From Strigamia acuminata (taxonomy: Eukaryota), in the NCBI GenBank assembly GCA_949358305.1, contig OX442314.1:19778001-19842000 (forward strand): 64,000 nucleotides of DNA, read 5' to 3'. The position numbers and the translations under genes are program-made. This document shows, one piece after another, positions 29,534 through 42,115 of the stretch (within the stretch, counting starts at the first letter, position 1; the number at the start of each line of letters is the position of its first letter). The notes beneath the pieces are model-generated. The model was not told the DNA's origin. It ran no database searches and saw only the letters and a program-made list of their open reading frames with translations.

Positions 29534-30588
29534 CGAACTTATTCTGTCAAGAAAATTAAGAAAATAGCTCACATTAAAAGTTATATTAAAAATTTTATAT
29601 TACAAGTTCAATGGCGAAAACGGATGCATAATAAATCAGAAAAATCAGTATTTTAATCCCCGTTTCAACCGGATATCGTCATCGCAAGTCAAAAAATAAA
29701 GCAAAAAGCGTTTCTTACTGCTTTTAAGTGTGCGTGATGTCTGATTACTAAATACGTAACTGCCTGGCTTAATGGCCTAAATTTTATCACGTACGATAAT
29801 CACTTTTTCCAATTTAGAAAAAAAAAAAACGTTTAAATGAAAAATGATCCGTCTACGTGAGGGGAGAAAAGGTTCAAATTTTCTGCTGTACATTTAGAAA
29901 ATGTAATGACCAAATCGAAATATATTTAAATCAAGCAATTAATAATTGCACACTACATATATAGATTCACAGTGCACATGCATCGTCCTTGTTCCTGGAT
30001 TCAGGTTCTTTTTCAAGCAGTACAACAATTGTCAGTCCAAATTCTTTCGAATGCGTGAATTGAATGTAATTTTGTCAGGACAATTGCGTTGGAGGCCAAG
30101 ACTAATCGACAAGCTGCTGCTGCTGCAGCTACCTCCAAAGGGCTTCATGGTCGCCTTCATTTAGAACAGCTCATCGAATAGCCACTGGCCAATCTGCACT
30201 AGGCCAACACATAATTTTATTTGTAAGCCACTATCTAATTAAGACTCACTAGAGCGTGGCATTGAAAGCAGAGTAAATAAAAGAGAAAAAATTGAGGACC
30301 TATACATAACTTTTCCCCCACCCGGAGGAACAGATACGTCATACAGACGCATGTAACCGTGAATAAAATAGATCAAGATTGCTCCAGTTTCGTGTTACAC
30401 AAAAACCAACACATTTTCACATTTTCCCACTCAAATAAATCTCTTCTCTATTTTTCAAATTTTGTTACGACAACCAAGTTTTATCGCGGTAAACTTTTGC
30501 AGCTTGTGTAAAATTTGAACTGTTTGTATATACCACTTACAATAGAACAGTAAGATTAAATCTATCTTTTGTTTAATCTCTTTCTCAG

Positions 30589-30761
30589 GTATACGTGATC
30601 CCCCATTCCCACAATGACCCAGGTTGGCTCAAAACATTCGAAGCTTACTTCAATGCTCAGACCGCAGACATCCTTAACAACATGGTGGATAAACTCATTA
30701 AACTGCCCAACATGACCTTCATGTGGTCTGAGATTTCCTTCTTTGCAAAGTGGTGGGAAAG
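30589..30761 (+). CDS. Alpha-mannosidase II coding exon 2 (Zn-binding HSHND motif); not in the ORF track
   Basis: TTTCTCAG| acceptor. Translates [21 protein letters not shown]...[16 protein letters not shown], the GH38 N-terminal signature. AG|GTAAGT donor in phase 2. Confidence 0.95.
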
Positions 30762-31736
30762 GTAAGTTACAGCTAATTAACTAAATAGAAGTTCCCCCAA
30801 AATGCAGCTTTAATCAAACCCTACTCACCTAGCAGCGAAGCCCTACCTCCATTAAACAGCAAAGTCGAAAGAGAATAAAAGAGCCCAATGTCTTCAGGTT
30901 CAGTAAGAAAGTTTCGAGACAAACATTTCGGAAAGGATTTCTTGGACCGATCTCAATATGTCAATCGATATATAGTTCTGTATAAACTAAGCGTAAAAGG
31001 TCAATCGCAGAAATTAATAATAAATGAAATCCAATAGACTAAAGCTGGCAAACCGCCATTTTTGTACATTGAAAAACTTTTCTGAATATTGGTAATTCAT
31101 TTTGTCAAATAATATTAAAAATTCTAATTAGTTTATGCAGCTTTGCATTATTCATGTCAAAATGCACCGACTATTTGTTTTTTTTTCTTCTAATTTATGA
31201 AATAACGTAAAACACGTTAAAAATTGATTTTTCACATTAAATTATTATTATTTTTGTGTCGCAGAACACGTTAATGAACATACAAAAAATTATATCATAA
31301 CTTATTTCGGTTAAATCGATTCACTTATCTTCGTTTGTGCAAAATCAACACGAGTCAACATACAAAAATTCAATACTGATGTGTGTTCCAACCTAGTGGC
31401 AAAATATTGAACTTCAATATACGCGCAATATTCCCTATTTTATTGCGAATTTGGTTAAATTTTTTTTAATACTCTCTCCAATCTCAATGTATGACATTTG
31501 TCTGACATAGAGAGTGTACAATCGCCTGACTGGACATTCTCCGGACCGGACAATTTTTCATTAAACAACAAGCAATATTCCTTCAAACTTAACTGCTTAT
31601 TGACAAAATATCCATAAAGATTAATGGTGGCGCATAAAATGTGAAAAGCTTGATAAAATTGAGCAATTGCTAATATAGTTAATTTTGCAACTTTATTCCA
31701 TTTAAATTTTTCTTTCTTTCTTTCTTATTTTTCCAG

Positions 31737-34521
31737 AGCTCACCCTCAAAAAAGAGCTGCACTAAAGAAACTGCTTCACTCAGGACGATTTGAAATAGCC
31801 ACCGGTGGCTGGGTCATGACGGACGAAGCGTCACCCCACATCTACGCCATGCTGGACCAATTAATAGAAGGACATCAATGGATTTACAACAACCTCGACT
31901 ACGCACCACGAACAGCATGGTCGGTCGATCCTTTCGGACACGGCGCGACATTACCATATTTACTCAGTGAATCAGGCATCGAGGGAATGGTTATTCAAAG
32001 AATCCATTTCGCCTGGAAGCAGTACTTAGCCGAACAGCAAAACGGTGACTTTTTGTGGAGACAGACTTGGGACACTGGAGGCACCACCGATATCTTATGT
32101 CACAACAACCCCTTCGACATCTACAGCATCAAACACTCGTGCGGGCCGCACCCTTTGGTCTGTTTGACCTTCGATTTCCGAAAAATCAAAGGCGAGTTCA
32201 CCGAATACTCTCAGAGAGCACAACCCATCACGAAATGGAACGTCAAGGAGCGAGCAGAGACGCTGCTGGCACAATACGGCAGAACTGCTTCCCTTTTCCC
32301 GCACAATGTGGCCCTCATAAGTCTCGGAGATGACTTTCGCTTCGACCACGAAGCCGAATGGGAGCAACAATACTCAAACTACAAGCAAATCTTCGACTAT
32401 ATTAACTCCAACAAAGAATACCACGCGTCGGTTCAATTCGGCGTGTTGAGTGACTATTTCCGCGAAGTGCAGAACCGCATGCGAAAAGACTACTTGTCCA
32501 AATTATCCGGCGATTTCTTTGTGTACAGCGACATTTTCATCGAAGGCAGGCCCGCTTACTGGAGTGGTTTTTACACGTCAAGACCTTATTGGAAATCTCT
32601 GTGCCGACAACTCGAGTCATCTCTGCGCGCGGCGGAAATCCTCTACAGCTTCGCACTCGCCCGCAGCCGCCAACAACGCCTCAATAGAACAAGACAGATT
32701 TTAGAAGGTGATTACCAGCAACTAACAGTGGCTCGCGGCAACATGGGAATTTTTCAACATCACGATGCCATCACAGGCACGAGCAAATCATACGTAATGC
32801 ACGATTATGGCCTTAAGCTGTTCGATGGAATTCGAATAGCATTGTCTGTGATGACCCACGCGGCTCAATATCTGCTAACGGAAAAACCCGTCGAGGCTGA
32901 AGAGGAGAATGAGAAGGGGGTCAAGCACTGGCCTTCTTTCCTCTCATTTCCTTTCGAGAGACAAGGCTACCACATATTGCCGCAACCCTTGCCTCAATAT
33001 ATTCCGCCAGGCGCGCAACTGCGTCTAATCCTCTACAACTCGTTGGCCCAGGCGAGGGAGGAACCCGTAAGAGTTATCCTCACCATTCCCAACATCAAAG
33101 TGATCGATTCAGAAGGCAAGCCGGTTCCGTATCAACTGAATCCTGTATGGAACACGACAGGTGGCCCACTTCACTTGATAAAAGGTCAATACGAATTACT
33201 CGTTATTGCGCATCTCCCGCCATTAAGCTTGGTCACATTTCACATCCAACGCGTGGACGTCAGAGATTCATCCACTTTGGCGTCAGTTACTTTCTTCGAC
33301 ACCGTACCTCCTCCTTCCGAAAACACCGTTTTCTCCATTCAGAAAGATTCGTCGAGTCTGAATAGCATAAAGCTAGAAAACTCCTATTTGACCGCTAAAT
33401 TCAGTTCAGATTCCGGTCTCGTCAAATCCATCGCGTTAAAAGCATCGGGTCGCAAAGTGCGAACACGGTTGGACTTTCAAGCTTATAATTCGGCTCAATT
33501 TCATAGCGGAGCCTACTTGTTCCTCCCAGAACCCCGCCAACCGGTCCGCAACATCAGTGATAGTCCTCCGCTCTTTTGCGTCATTCGCGGTCCCATCTGT
33601 TCCGAAGTTTTCATCCAATACTCGGACTTCCTCGCGCACACGGTCCGAGTGTACCACACCGACAATTTGCTGTCAAAAGCATTAGAAATGGACAACATCG
33701 TCGATTACCCAGCACCGCCCAAATTCAGAGAAACCGAGATGTTCCTGCGAGTGACCAGCGACGTGTCCAGTGGCTCCACCTTCTACACTGACCTCAACGG
33801 TTTTCAAATGATGAAACGCACCATCATTCCGAAGATCGGGATCGAAGGCAACTACTACCCAGCGTCGAGTCAAATGTACATCCAAGACGAAAACACCAGA
33901 CTCACTCTTCTCATGTCACGTGCTCACGGCGTGACCAGTTGGCAGAGCGGAAGTTTAGAAGCCATGCTGGATCGCAGGTCATTATACGACGACAGTAGAG
34001 GAATGGGTGAGGGTGTAATCGACAATAAAAGGACTCAAGGTCGTTTCTGGCTGTTGCTGGAAGAGCGAGTGAGTGAAAGTGAGTCGTTGTCTCGACCCAC
34101 TTTATTGGCCAACACTTTATCCAACAGCCTTATCTACCCTGCCCACACCTTGGTCGCCGACCCTGGCAACAGTCCAGTATTACGTAACAAAGTTTCGCTA
34201 CTCAATCGACCATTCCCCTGTGACATGCATTTGGTCAATCTCCGTGTACTTCCGGTCAAAGCATACTTTGAATTCCCCTCACAAAGCAGTTTGCTCATTC
34301 TACAAAGACAAGGATATAGCTGTGATTTCAGTTCGCAAACTTATCAGTGCAGTTTAACCGAAGGTAATCTTGCAAGAAATACTCGATTCAAGGAGGTTCA
34401 TGTGTCGGGTATTCAAAGAACTTCCATCACTGCTTTACAGCCAGGTGAGATACTTGATATGTTGAGTGATATTAGCGTGCAACCCATGAAAATCAATACA
34501 TACAATGTGACGTTCGCATAA
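31737..34521 (+). CDS. Alpha-mannosidase II coding exon 3 (catalytic, middle and C-terminal GH38 domains)
   Basis: Polypyrimidine tract and TTCCAG| acceptor, in frame with exon 2. GH38 motifs GGWVMTDEA, WSVDPFGHG (nucleophile Asp), LGDDF, YWSGFYTSRP, QHHDAITGT, FYTDLNG and DDSRGMGEGV. Spliced CDS is 3348 nt (1115 aa from ATG 3498). Confidence 0.96.
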
Positions 34522-34768
34522 ACGTGTAATTGACTAAATCTATAGACCGGATGTGCAGATTCCCATTCAATTTAAACTGCGCTTTGTGTGACAAAGCAGT
34601 TTAAGTTACTTGTTAATATATACACACCTGTGAAACAGGTGAGGGTTCATTTGACACTTGTAAAAGGTCGAATAACTAGTGAGTGATAAGCAAAAAAAAC
34701 AAACAAGAAAAAAACAAAAAAACCTGCTGAGCAGTTTTGTATAATTTGGTTACCAAATAATAAAGATA

Positions 34769-35098
34769 CGAGGTGCATTCGAAAATAAAACACAAACCAC
34801 GTTTAAAGCGCGTCTCGTATTAATATTGGTGTGCGTCAAATGTGTTATCGCTTATTTTATAAAGAATTTTTGCTTTATTTGGACGACAAACTTATTTGCG
34901 TTAGAAAATAAACTTACTTTCAAATCGTGTATAATTTTGAAGCGACGGAACGAAAGTAATGACACCGGTGGATGCGCGGTACTTAAAACGCTTCAAAACT
35001 AAGCGTTTATGATGTTTTTTTATTTCGTGTGTTTGTGTTCTGCCTAAGAAAGAAAACACGAGAAACTAGGAACTGTTTCTATTTTCGAATGCACCGGT
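34769..35098. mobile_element. Mariner-like MITE remnant just downstream of the mannosidase stop
   Basis: TA|CGAGGTGCATTCGAAAATAAAAC at the left and GTTTCTATTTTCGAATGCACC at the right. The right extremity is degenerate. Confidence 0.6.
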
Positions 35099-37966
35099 TG
35101 AACTCAAGTTTTAATTATTTTTATCAGTGTTTTCATTATAAAAATATATGTTTATTGTAATAATTCTTTAAGTTTTTACTCTCATTTTAATATTATGTAA
35201 GCTATTTACACCGATTCAATTGATTTTTATTTTTCACTCTAATTTTGGGTTCTAAAATAAATTATTTCTATAAAATGACCATGTTTCGACTTCCATAATT
35301 TTGCAGTTAACAGAAGCACAAGCAATCAATTTCTTATTTTTTTCTCTCAGATAATAACAGAGAAAATAAAGGGCACGCACAGTGTATTTCTCTGATGCAG
35401 TGACCACAACCATTTATCTCAATTGCAAGCACCCACTTTTTCTTTTATATATTTTTATCCCACGTAATATTGTGGTCATCGCGCCCTTTTACGGCAGGAC
35501 GATTCTTGGTCCAACATTTGATCACGCACACAGTCAAAATGTTTTACGAGTTGAAACGCGTGCAAATGATGCTGCGGGAAAAGCGAGAAAACACAAACGT
35601 GTACTTTACTACCAAACAGATGAAAGAAGGAAGCTCTGATGGAAACCAAAATAGAAAAAGCCTATCCAATCCTATCCAATCACAAGCTAATCAGCAAATG
35701 AATAATGTATATATCCCAAAAGCTATTTCTGTGATCTGTCACCCAAATTCCTTCCGAATGCACGTGCATACAAGTATGGAACAGAATATTCCAAAAATTA
35801 CTGTAAAATCATAACAGAAAACACAAATAAATAATTTCTACAAAAATTTCTGTTTGTGAGAAACAAATGCCAAATAGAAGTACTTTTTAAATAACCTTGA
35901 TGACTAATTATTCATTATTAACTATAATAAGTACTTTCATTTCCTGTATTTTTTTTGTTTTTTGTTTTTTGTTTTTTAGAAGTACCGTACATTGATTTTA
36001 TAATTTCAAATTTACTAACAAAGCTTTTCGACCTCGATGGTAATTGGTTAAGTTTTGTTTTTCATATTTTTCCTTGAATTGAAACAAGGTCGAAAAGATT
36101 TGTTTCTTAAATTTCTTAATTTTTATTTTTTATTTTTAAATTATAAAACTGATTAATTTCAATTTCATTTCGCAAAAATTAACAAGTAAAATATAAGTTG
36201 GAATAAACACTTACTTGTTAGAGCAATCTCATAAACAGAAAGAATAATTATATTTTTTTATCTGCACTTCCTATCAGCAGTAAATCAAGTTACAAATATA
36301 CCCAATAAAAGCTGTCTTAATTTAGCATAAATGACCTCAAACAAATCAGTATAATTCCCTGGCAACACACAACTATTTTTTTATAAGTTTTGAAATTCAT
36401 CTCACGTTCAACCAAATAAATATTTCAAACACCTTTCGTGTAATTAACTGACAGTATTTACTGAAGCTATCAATTCTCACGAATGCAGAATTTAAACAAC
36501 AAGCATTTTTCTGAGTGACCAAACATCAACGACATTTTTCATTTAACAGTATATTATGTTTATATGGTTTTTGGTGTTTCTATTAACAATTATTAACAGA
36601 ATACAAAAACATGCCTAAATTATAGCTGAAGGAGGGATAATGATTTCGTCTTTGTGTCTGTTTATAGTTTGGTATTTAAGTTTTATAAGTAAACCACTGG
36701 TTGTGGGTTTTTGATGATGCATTTTTATGGCTGTTTTGTTTTTGTGTCCAGTCTGTTTATTTTAACATAAAAACAACAAAAACCAACATCGGAATGACCC
36801 TAATGTTTATCTATCTCATGTAGAAATTAAAACAGCTGTATTTATTTTGTAAGGTTTGCAAGAATTTGTTTTAAAAAAAATAAAAAATAAAAAATAAATC
36901 AGAGTTTGGAAGAATTTGGTCTTAAAGATTTCAGCCGTCTAAAAAATTAACGTTAAACCAAACAGATATACGTACATTTTTGAATGTGACTAATACCAAA
37001 ACCAATAAATTATTCGTAAAACAAAATTAAAACTGAAAATCTTTTTCTCCCGATTTTGACTTCTTCCTTCGTAAACTGTTCAATATTTAAATACGAAAAA
37101 CATAGAAAAAACAGCTTGAGAATTCTTATGAGTCGTCTTGACCTCCTTTTCCATAAGCTTAGAAAGACATAATTTTGAAGCAAGAATAAGAAAAACGAAA
37201 CGGATCAAGTTAGCAGTAGCACTTTTCATATACATGGAAATACGCAGTGCCCTTATGTAAAACAGTTGCATATACAGCAAGAAATTCATAAATACAGTCG
37301 AAAGTTGAAGCAAATTTGCCTTCGTTCCTGACTTTAAAATGACCCGTCATTTAGGCACAGACGTCGAGAGTAAATCCAATTCGACGATGAGGAATAGGTG
37401 TAAATTTTAGTCGTCGTGTTCAGCTGGCGGACGAAGCGCTAAGAATTATGGTTCATTTACAGAGACGAATGGGCAAAAAGGGCGAATGCGTAACAAGAGA
37501 GATGGCGACTACAAATACCCTGCACTTACTCACTCATAATTGAGATGCCAAAAAAAGGTACAAACCAATTTTGATAAATACTTTTCTTGATTAACTTGAT
37601 ACATGCACACGAGCATAAAAACTGAAATATCAATACTCTATGAAAACTATATTTAAAAACAAATCAATTCCTATGCAATTTAATCCACAAAATGTATACT
37701 ATTACAAATAAAATAAAATAAAATGTGGGACTTTGCAATTTTTTGGAATGCACTTCCCAAAAACAAAATACTCAAATTCCAATCACGTGATATTGAGTTT
37801 GAAACAAACATAAAAATTCCTACTCTCCAAAACAAACTCGTTTTAAAATTATATCAGTTGAATGTAATTTTAACCACAATTGTAATTTCACTAATTTTAT
37901 CATTTTAAAATTCCCGTCGAAAACAAAACCCGTTGTCAATGAAACTATTTTAATTTCTGAATAGCT

Positions 37967-39644
37967 TGTGACAATGTTCTTTCGGCGCAAGTATCTAACA
38001 ATACTTGGTCGAGAAAAAGCTATGTCAAACTACTAAAAGCTCACGAGAACAAGTTTAACAATAAATGAAAGTGAATTATTGCCACAGTGTAAATAAAATG
38101 GAGTCGTGGGTTTTCTCAAATCATATGACATTTATTTAGTATAACTCCGTTATATAAATAAAATGGCCTACAAAAATGGCCAGTGATAATACGATTGGTG
38201 TCCTTGGCTCCGAAATAGATGGGTCAATACATCGTATTCGCATGGAGAAAAGATGTCATCTATCGTCGGGCTGACTGGTCTCTGGTTCGGTTCTGTAATG
38301 GCGGTATCCGAGGCTGTGCGGTTGACTTATTCCACATTGTCACAATCTCATGTAAATATCTAAGATATTTGCATAGAGTATTGCTGTTATGCTGTTTGGA
38401 TTACGCATACTTTTGTTATCAAGTATGACGTAAGTAATTCATCATGCGGGATTAATGACAATCAGGCGTCACACATAACTCGATGAGTATATGTCGTGAG
38501 TCAAATGTCATTATGTTGTCATCTGGATTACAACAAGCAAATTTGGTCATCATTTGTTTGCTGTAATGTTTACTTCCGGTTCTACGTAGAATGAGTTCTT
38601 TATCGTGAGTAAAACTTCGTTTTACATCATGATACGATGAAATGATTTATGCAACTGAGTTGATTAAATCCAAACTGTAAAAGTACAAATATGAAATCCT
38701 ACCGGGTCCGAACGGTAAGCGTCATCCATCGCTCAGCCCGGTATCCTCGCGATCACACAGTCGCCGTCTGCCTCACAGGATTTGGCGGCAAACATCATCC
38801 ATCGCCCAATCCCGCGGCGTCACCTAGCCTAGCGAGTACTAAATGCCCGTCCAGGCCTGATTCCTCGCCAGTCCGGATGGTCATGACCACAGACAAGGAT
38901 GGAGGTTTCCTCATCCAGGGTCGTACTCACGAAACACAACATTATTCGTGGCTTCAACCTCAATCAAAGGCTGGTGATGCGCTATCGTTTCGATAGCACC
39001 CAAAGATTGTCTTGCAACAATCCGCATTTCACCACAGGTCATGGTAAGCAGCACCATTTAAGGCGGGGAATGCATATAAATATATATGCGGGCTCAAGTA
39101 AGTAAGTGTTCAACAAATATCATGACAAGAGCGTTGTATTTCCGGTTGCAAGGGAATATATGCTCTTAGAGCACAATGGAACTTCCAATGCTCCAATGGG
39201 GACATGAGTCCTCGGAATCCCTCCAATCACTGAGTGAGAGGTCGGATTCTGAGGCCACTTGCTCAATTAGATGACTTCCAGATGCTAAACAGGAACTGGA
39301 TACCCAGGACTTAGCTCTCTCCTAGGTCAGGACAGGAACTGGATAGCGGGGACACAATTTGGATTAAGTCTTTGACTCAAATCCACAGGGTGTCCATAAT
39401 TGGTGCAGGTGCGCAAAGGTGAGTAACCTTTCAACTTGGGTTTATGATATATTCTCTGAATAATGTCATAAACGGTCCAATAAGCCTCTAAACTAATAAA
39501 TATACAAGGATATAATGTTAGCTCCACATAAAACTCAGTTTTATGTAGTTTTAGCACTAAATCTTCTATTCTGGTTAAATCTGCCGCTAAAAGTAGAAAA
39601 CGCCATCTATCGGTAAATTTAGTCATTATGACGTAACCGTCATA
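37967..39644 (-). repeat. 3' LTR
   Basis: Direct repeat of 50029-51706 with about 25 differences by manual alignment. Element-sense termini TATGAC...GTCACA. Adjacent to the PPT. Confidence 0.96.
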
Positions 39645-39646
39645 CG

Positions 39647-39657
39647 TCCCCCTTATC
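39647..39657 (-). promoter_or_regulatory. Polypurine tract (plus-strand primer)
   Basis: Minus strand GATAAGGGGGA, then CG, then the 3' LTR start. Confidence 0.8.
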
Positions 39658-40250
39658 AATGGAACTACTCTGTAATTCCTGATTGATACAATCTTTATAA
39701 ATGACTAAATGTCGGTTTAATCGCTTTATAAGTTGTTGGGGTTCCGGCGCGGCTTTCATCTGCGAGTGTTAAACCCTCCTTTAATTATTTGTAAGAATTA
39801 TCTTAATAGATACTGCTTTAATTTTTTCTACGAAAAAAGTATAGCCATCACTTTTGGGATGTTCAAACAAAAAACTAAAACTCTTTATTCTTTCTCAAGA
39901 AACAAACACATAATTCTGGAAATTAGGAAACTGTTAATACAATTAAATATTTTGTGTGGCCGTCTTGTTTTTTCTCTGAAATTCAGCGGCAGGTCCACAC
40001 CGAAACAAAATAATTTTTAGGTTAGAAAATCGAACATAAGTTCCAAAGGTTACAACAAACGAGAATAAATTTTAACTCAAAAAAGACAACAATAATTTGT
40101 TAGACTAAAAATCATTATAAAGTATTTGGTTAGGCAAGAAATAATTAAATATTAACTTTGAATGGAGAAAAGTACGCTAAACAAATTAGCAGGAGTGATT
40201 TCAAGTCGGTCTGTCTGTCGTCGAGGTTGGCGGTGAACTCGAATCCCTAT

Positions 40251-42115
40251 CTACGGTAATTCGGGTTCCGCTTTCGCCGACACGTCTGAGTCCTCACTTT
40301 CCGCCAGAGGTGCTGACGGTGGGGCAGTCAAATCTATGACTAGATCAGTGGATGCGACTGAATTCGGAGATACAGCTCTCAATTCCTCTTCGGTTAGACG
40401 GGGTGGACCGACTAGGAATGGCTCGGAGATTGGCGGCGGTGCCACGCGAAGACTGAAAAGGGGAATTCTGTCCGCCCTGGGAAAACGATCGTAAACGGTT
40501 CTGGGATCTGGCAAACCTTGGTACCAATCGACCCTGATGTCTTCATCTCCATTCTCCGAAATATGATTAGCTAAGCTGATCCATATGTTGGATAAGACGT
40601 CGAAGGATTCCTCACGCTCACGATTTAGAATCCATTGCATGATTAATACCGCATTTTGGAAGCTCGGTTGTCGTCCTTTGGACAGGTCGAAAGAGATCTC
40701 GGCAGCTGTTTCCCACAATGTTGGTACGTAGTGACGAATTTCCAATTTCGCTGCCTCCTCGTTGGTCAGTCCTTCGGGCTTGACGAAAGGAGCAAAAATG
40801 ACGACGGGGGTCCGTGGGCGTCGTTTGACCTTTGCAGATGTCGGGGAAAAAATCAACTTCGTTGAATTTTCCTTTGGCAATGCAGCCTGGGCGGCGAATG
40901 ACGCTTCGAGTGTCGTGACGTCGATCATCTCTGGTGTCTCGACGTGACTGCATGATGCTCCCAAATTGACGCTCGGGTCTTCCTTCTTGGCGGGTTGAAC
41001 CTGCTGCTGTTGGACTTGTTTCTTTTTTAACGCGATGGTTTCCGTCGCTAAGCGACGGACATCCTCGCGCGTCCACTTCACTGTAGCGGTACCATCGGGC
41101 GTGTCCATGAGGCCTATAAATCTGGGATCTATGAAGATAGCCTCTCCTAATTGATTATGCACCAATTGGCATGGGTCACAAGTGGCCCATACCCTTGGTG
41201 TCATCGTGCTCAATCCACGCACAATGTAAGGAATTGCTTCTGGATTCCAAATGGCATCCTTGGGTCTCTTCTTAAAGCCACCGCAGTTGGGGCATAAAAT
41301 GGCGTGGGCTCCAATCGCGGCGCCAACTGCCCAGCCCGTTCCCGAGCAAAAGGGACAGCAGGCTTCGTTTTCTGCCGTCACCAATCGTCCTTGTGGTACA
41401 CCAGCAGCGATATCCTGCCTGGCACGCTCTTGCTTGCGCTTTCTTCCCGTTTCCAGCTTTAATCCCTTGGCGGCGTTGGTCAATACATCCATAATGTGTT
41501 GAGGATTCTCGACTTTAGGTGCTTCCAAGGTGATGAACTCGGGATTAGGGATGGTCACCTTCACCGTGGCGTCTGGTCCCTGAAATCCGCCGTGATGGTG
41601 GATCGCTCTTTTGCTGGTTACGGCAGCCGGCTCGGTGACAGTGTCCGTCGTGTAAGTCACGTAACGAGCAGGGGATCGCTGACGGGTGGTTGCTCGCGAA
41701 GGTTCTGCCTTGGGTGGAGTCTTGGGCCTGTTCTCCTTTTTTGATGACGATGCCTTATTGTCTTGGTCGTAATACCGCTTAGTGTTGTATCCGCGTGAAG
41801 TCGATCGATATTGATGTGCCCAATAAAACTTATCTCGCGGAGGTTTTTCGTGTTTCGAGACGTGGGATGACGACGCTTTAGCCGGCTTGGGTTCCTCCTG
41901 TTTCTTGACTATGTACTGAAGGTGCAACGGTAGTTTCGGCACATTACTCTGTGCCCAATCTATAATGGCACGATTCCTTTCCGTGGAAGAATCCGATGCT
42001 CGTGGATTTTTACTCTCGTTTCGCCTTCGTTCGCTTGAGTCCGTTGAGGAAGGTGAGTGATCATACGGCTCTCGCCTGCGCTTACTCCCGTCTCCGCGAT
42101 AATCTTTATCTCTAC
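40251..42115 (-). CDS. Retrotransposon accessory ORF3 of unknown function (~620 codons; non-env; zinc-finger-like)
   Basis: Uninterrupted frame from the splice acceptor TTTCTTTAG| (42116/42115) to TAG at 40251. The track start at 41942 is a GTG inside this frame. Contains CPFCSGTG-x13-CPNCGG, a further CDPC, the basic GRKRKQERAR and a C-terminal VIDLT. No signal peptide or transmembrane segment is visible. Confidence 0.8.

Noticed and set aside
32055..34357. Alternative-frame and antisense ORFs within mannosidase exon 3 (and similar ones within gag, pol and ORF3)
   Set aside because: Expected shadows of long, GC-richer coding sequence.
38219..39659. Short ORFs duplicated at 38219/50280, 38691/50753, 38899/50961 and 39327/51389
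   Set aside because: They recur only because they lie inside the two LTRs; no recognisable domains.
40251..41942. env gene call for ORF3
   Set aside because: The position fits, but there is no signal peptide and no fusion-peptide or transmembrane hydrophobic stretch; the composition is basic and Pro-rich.
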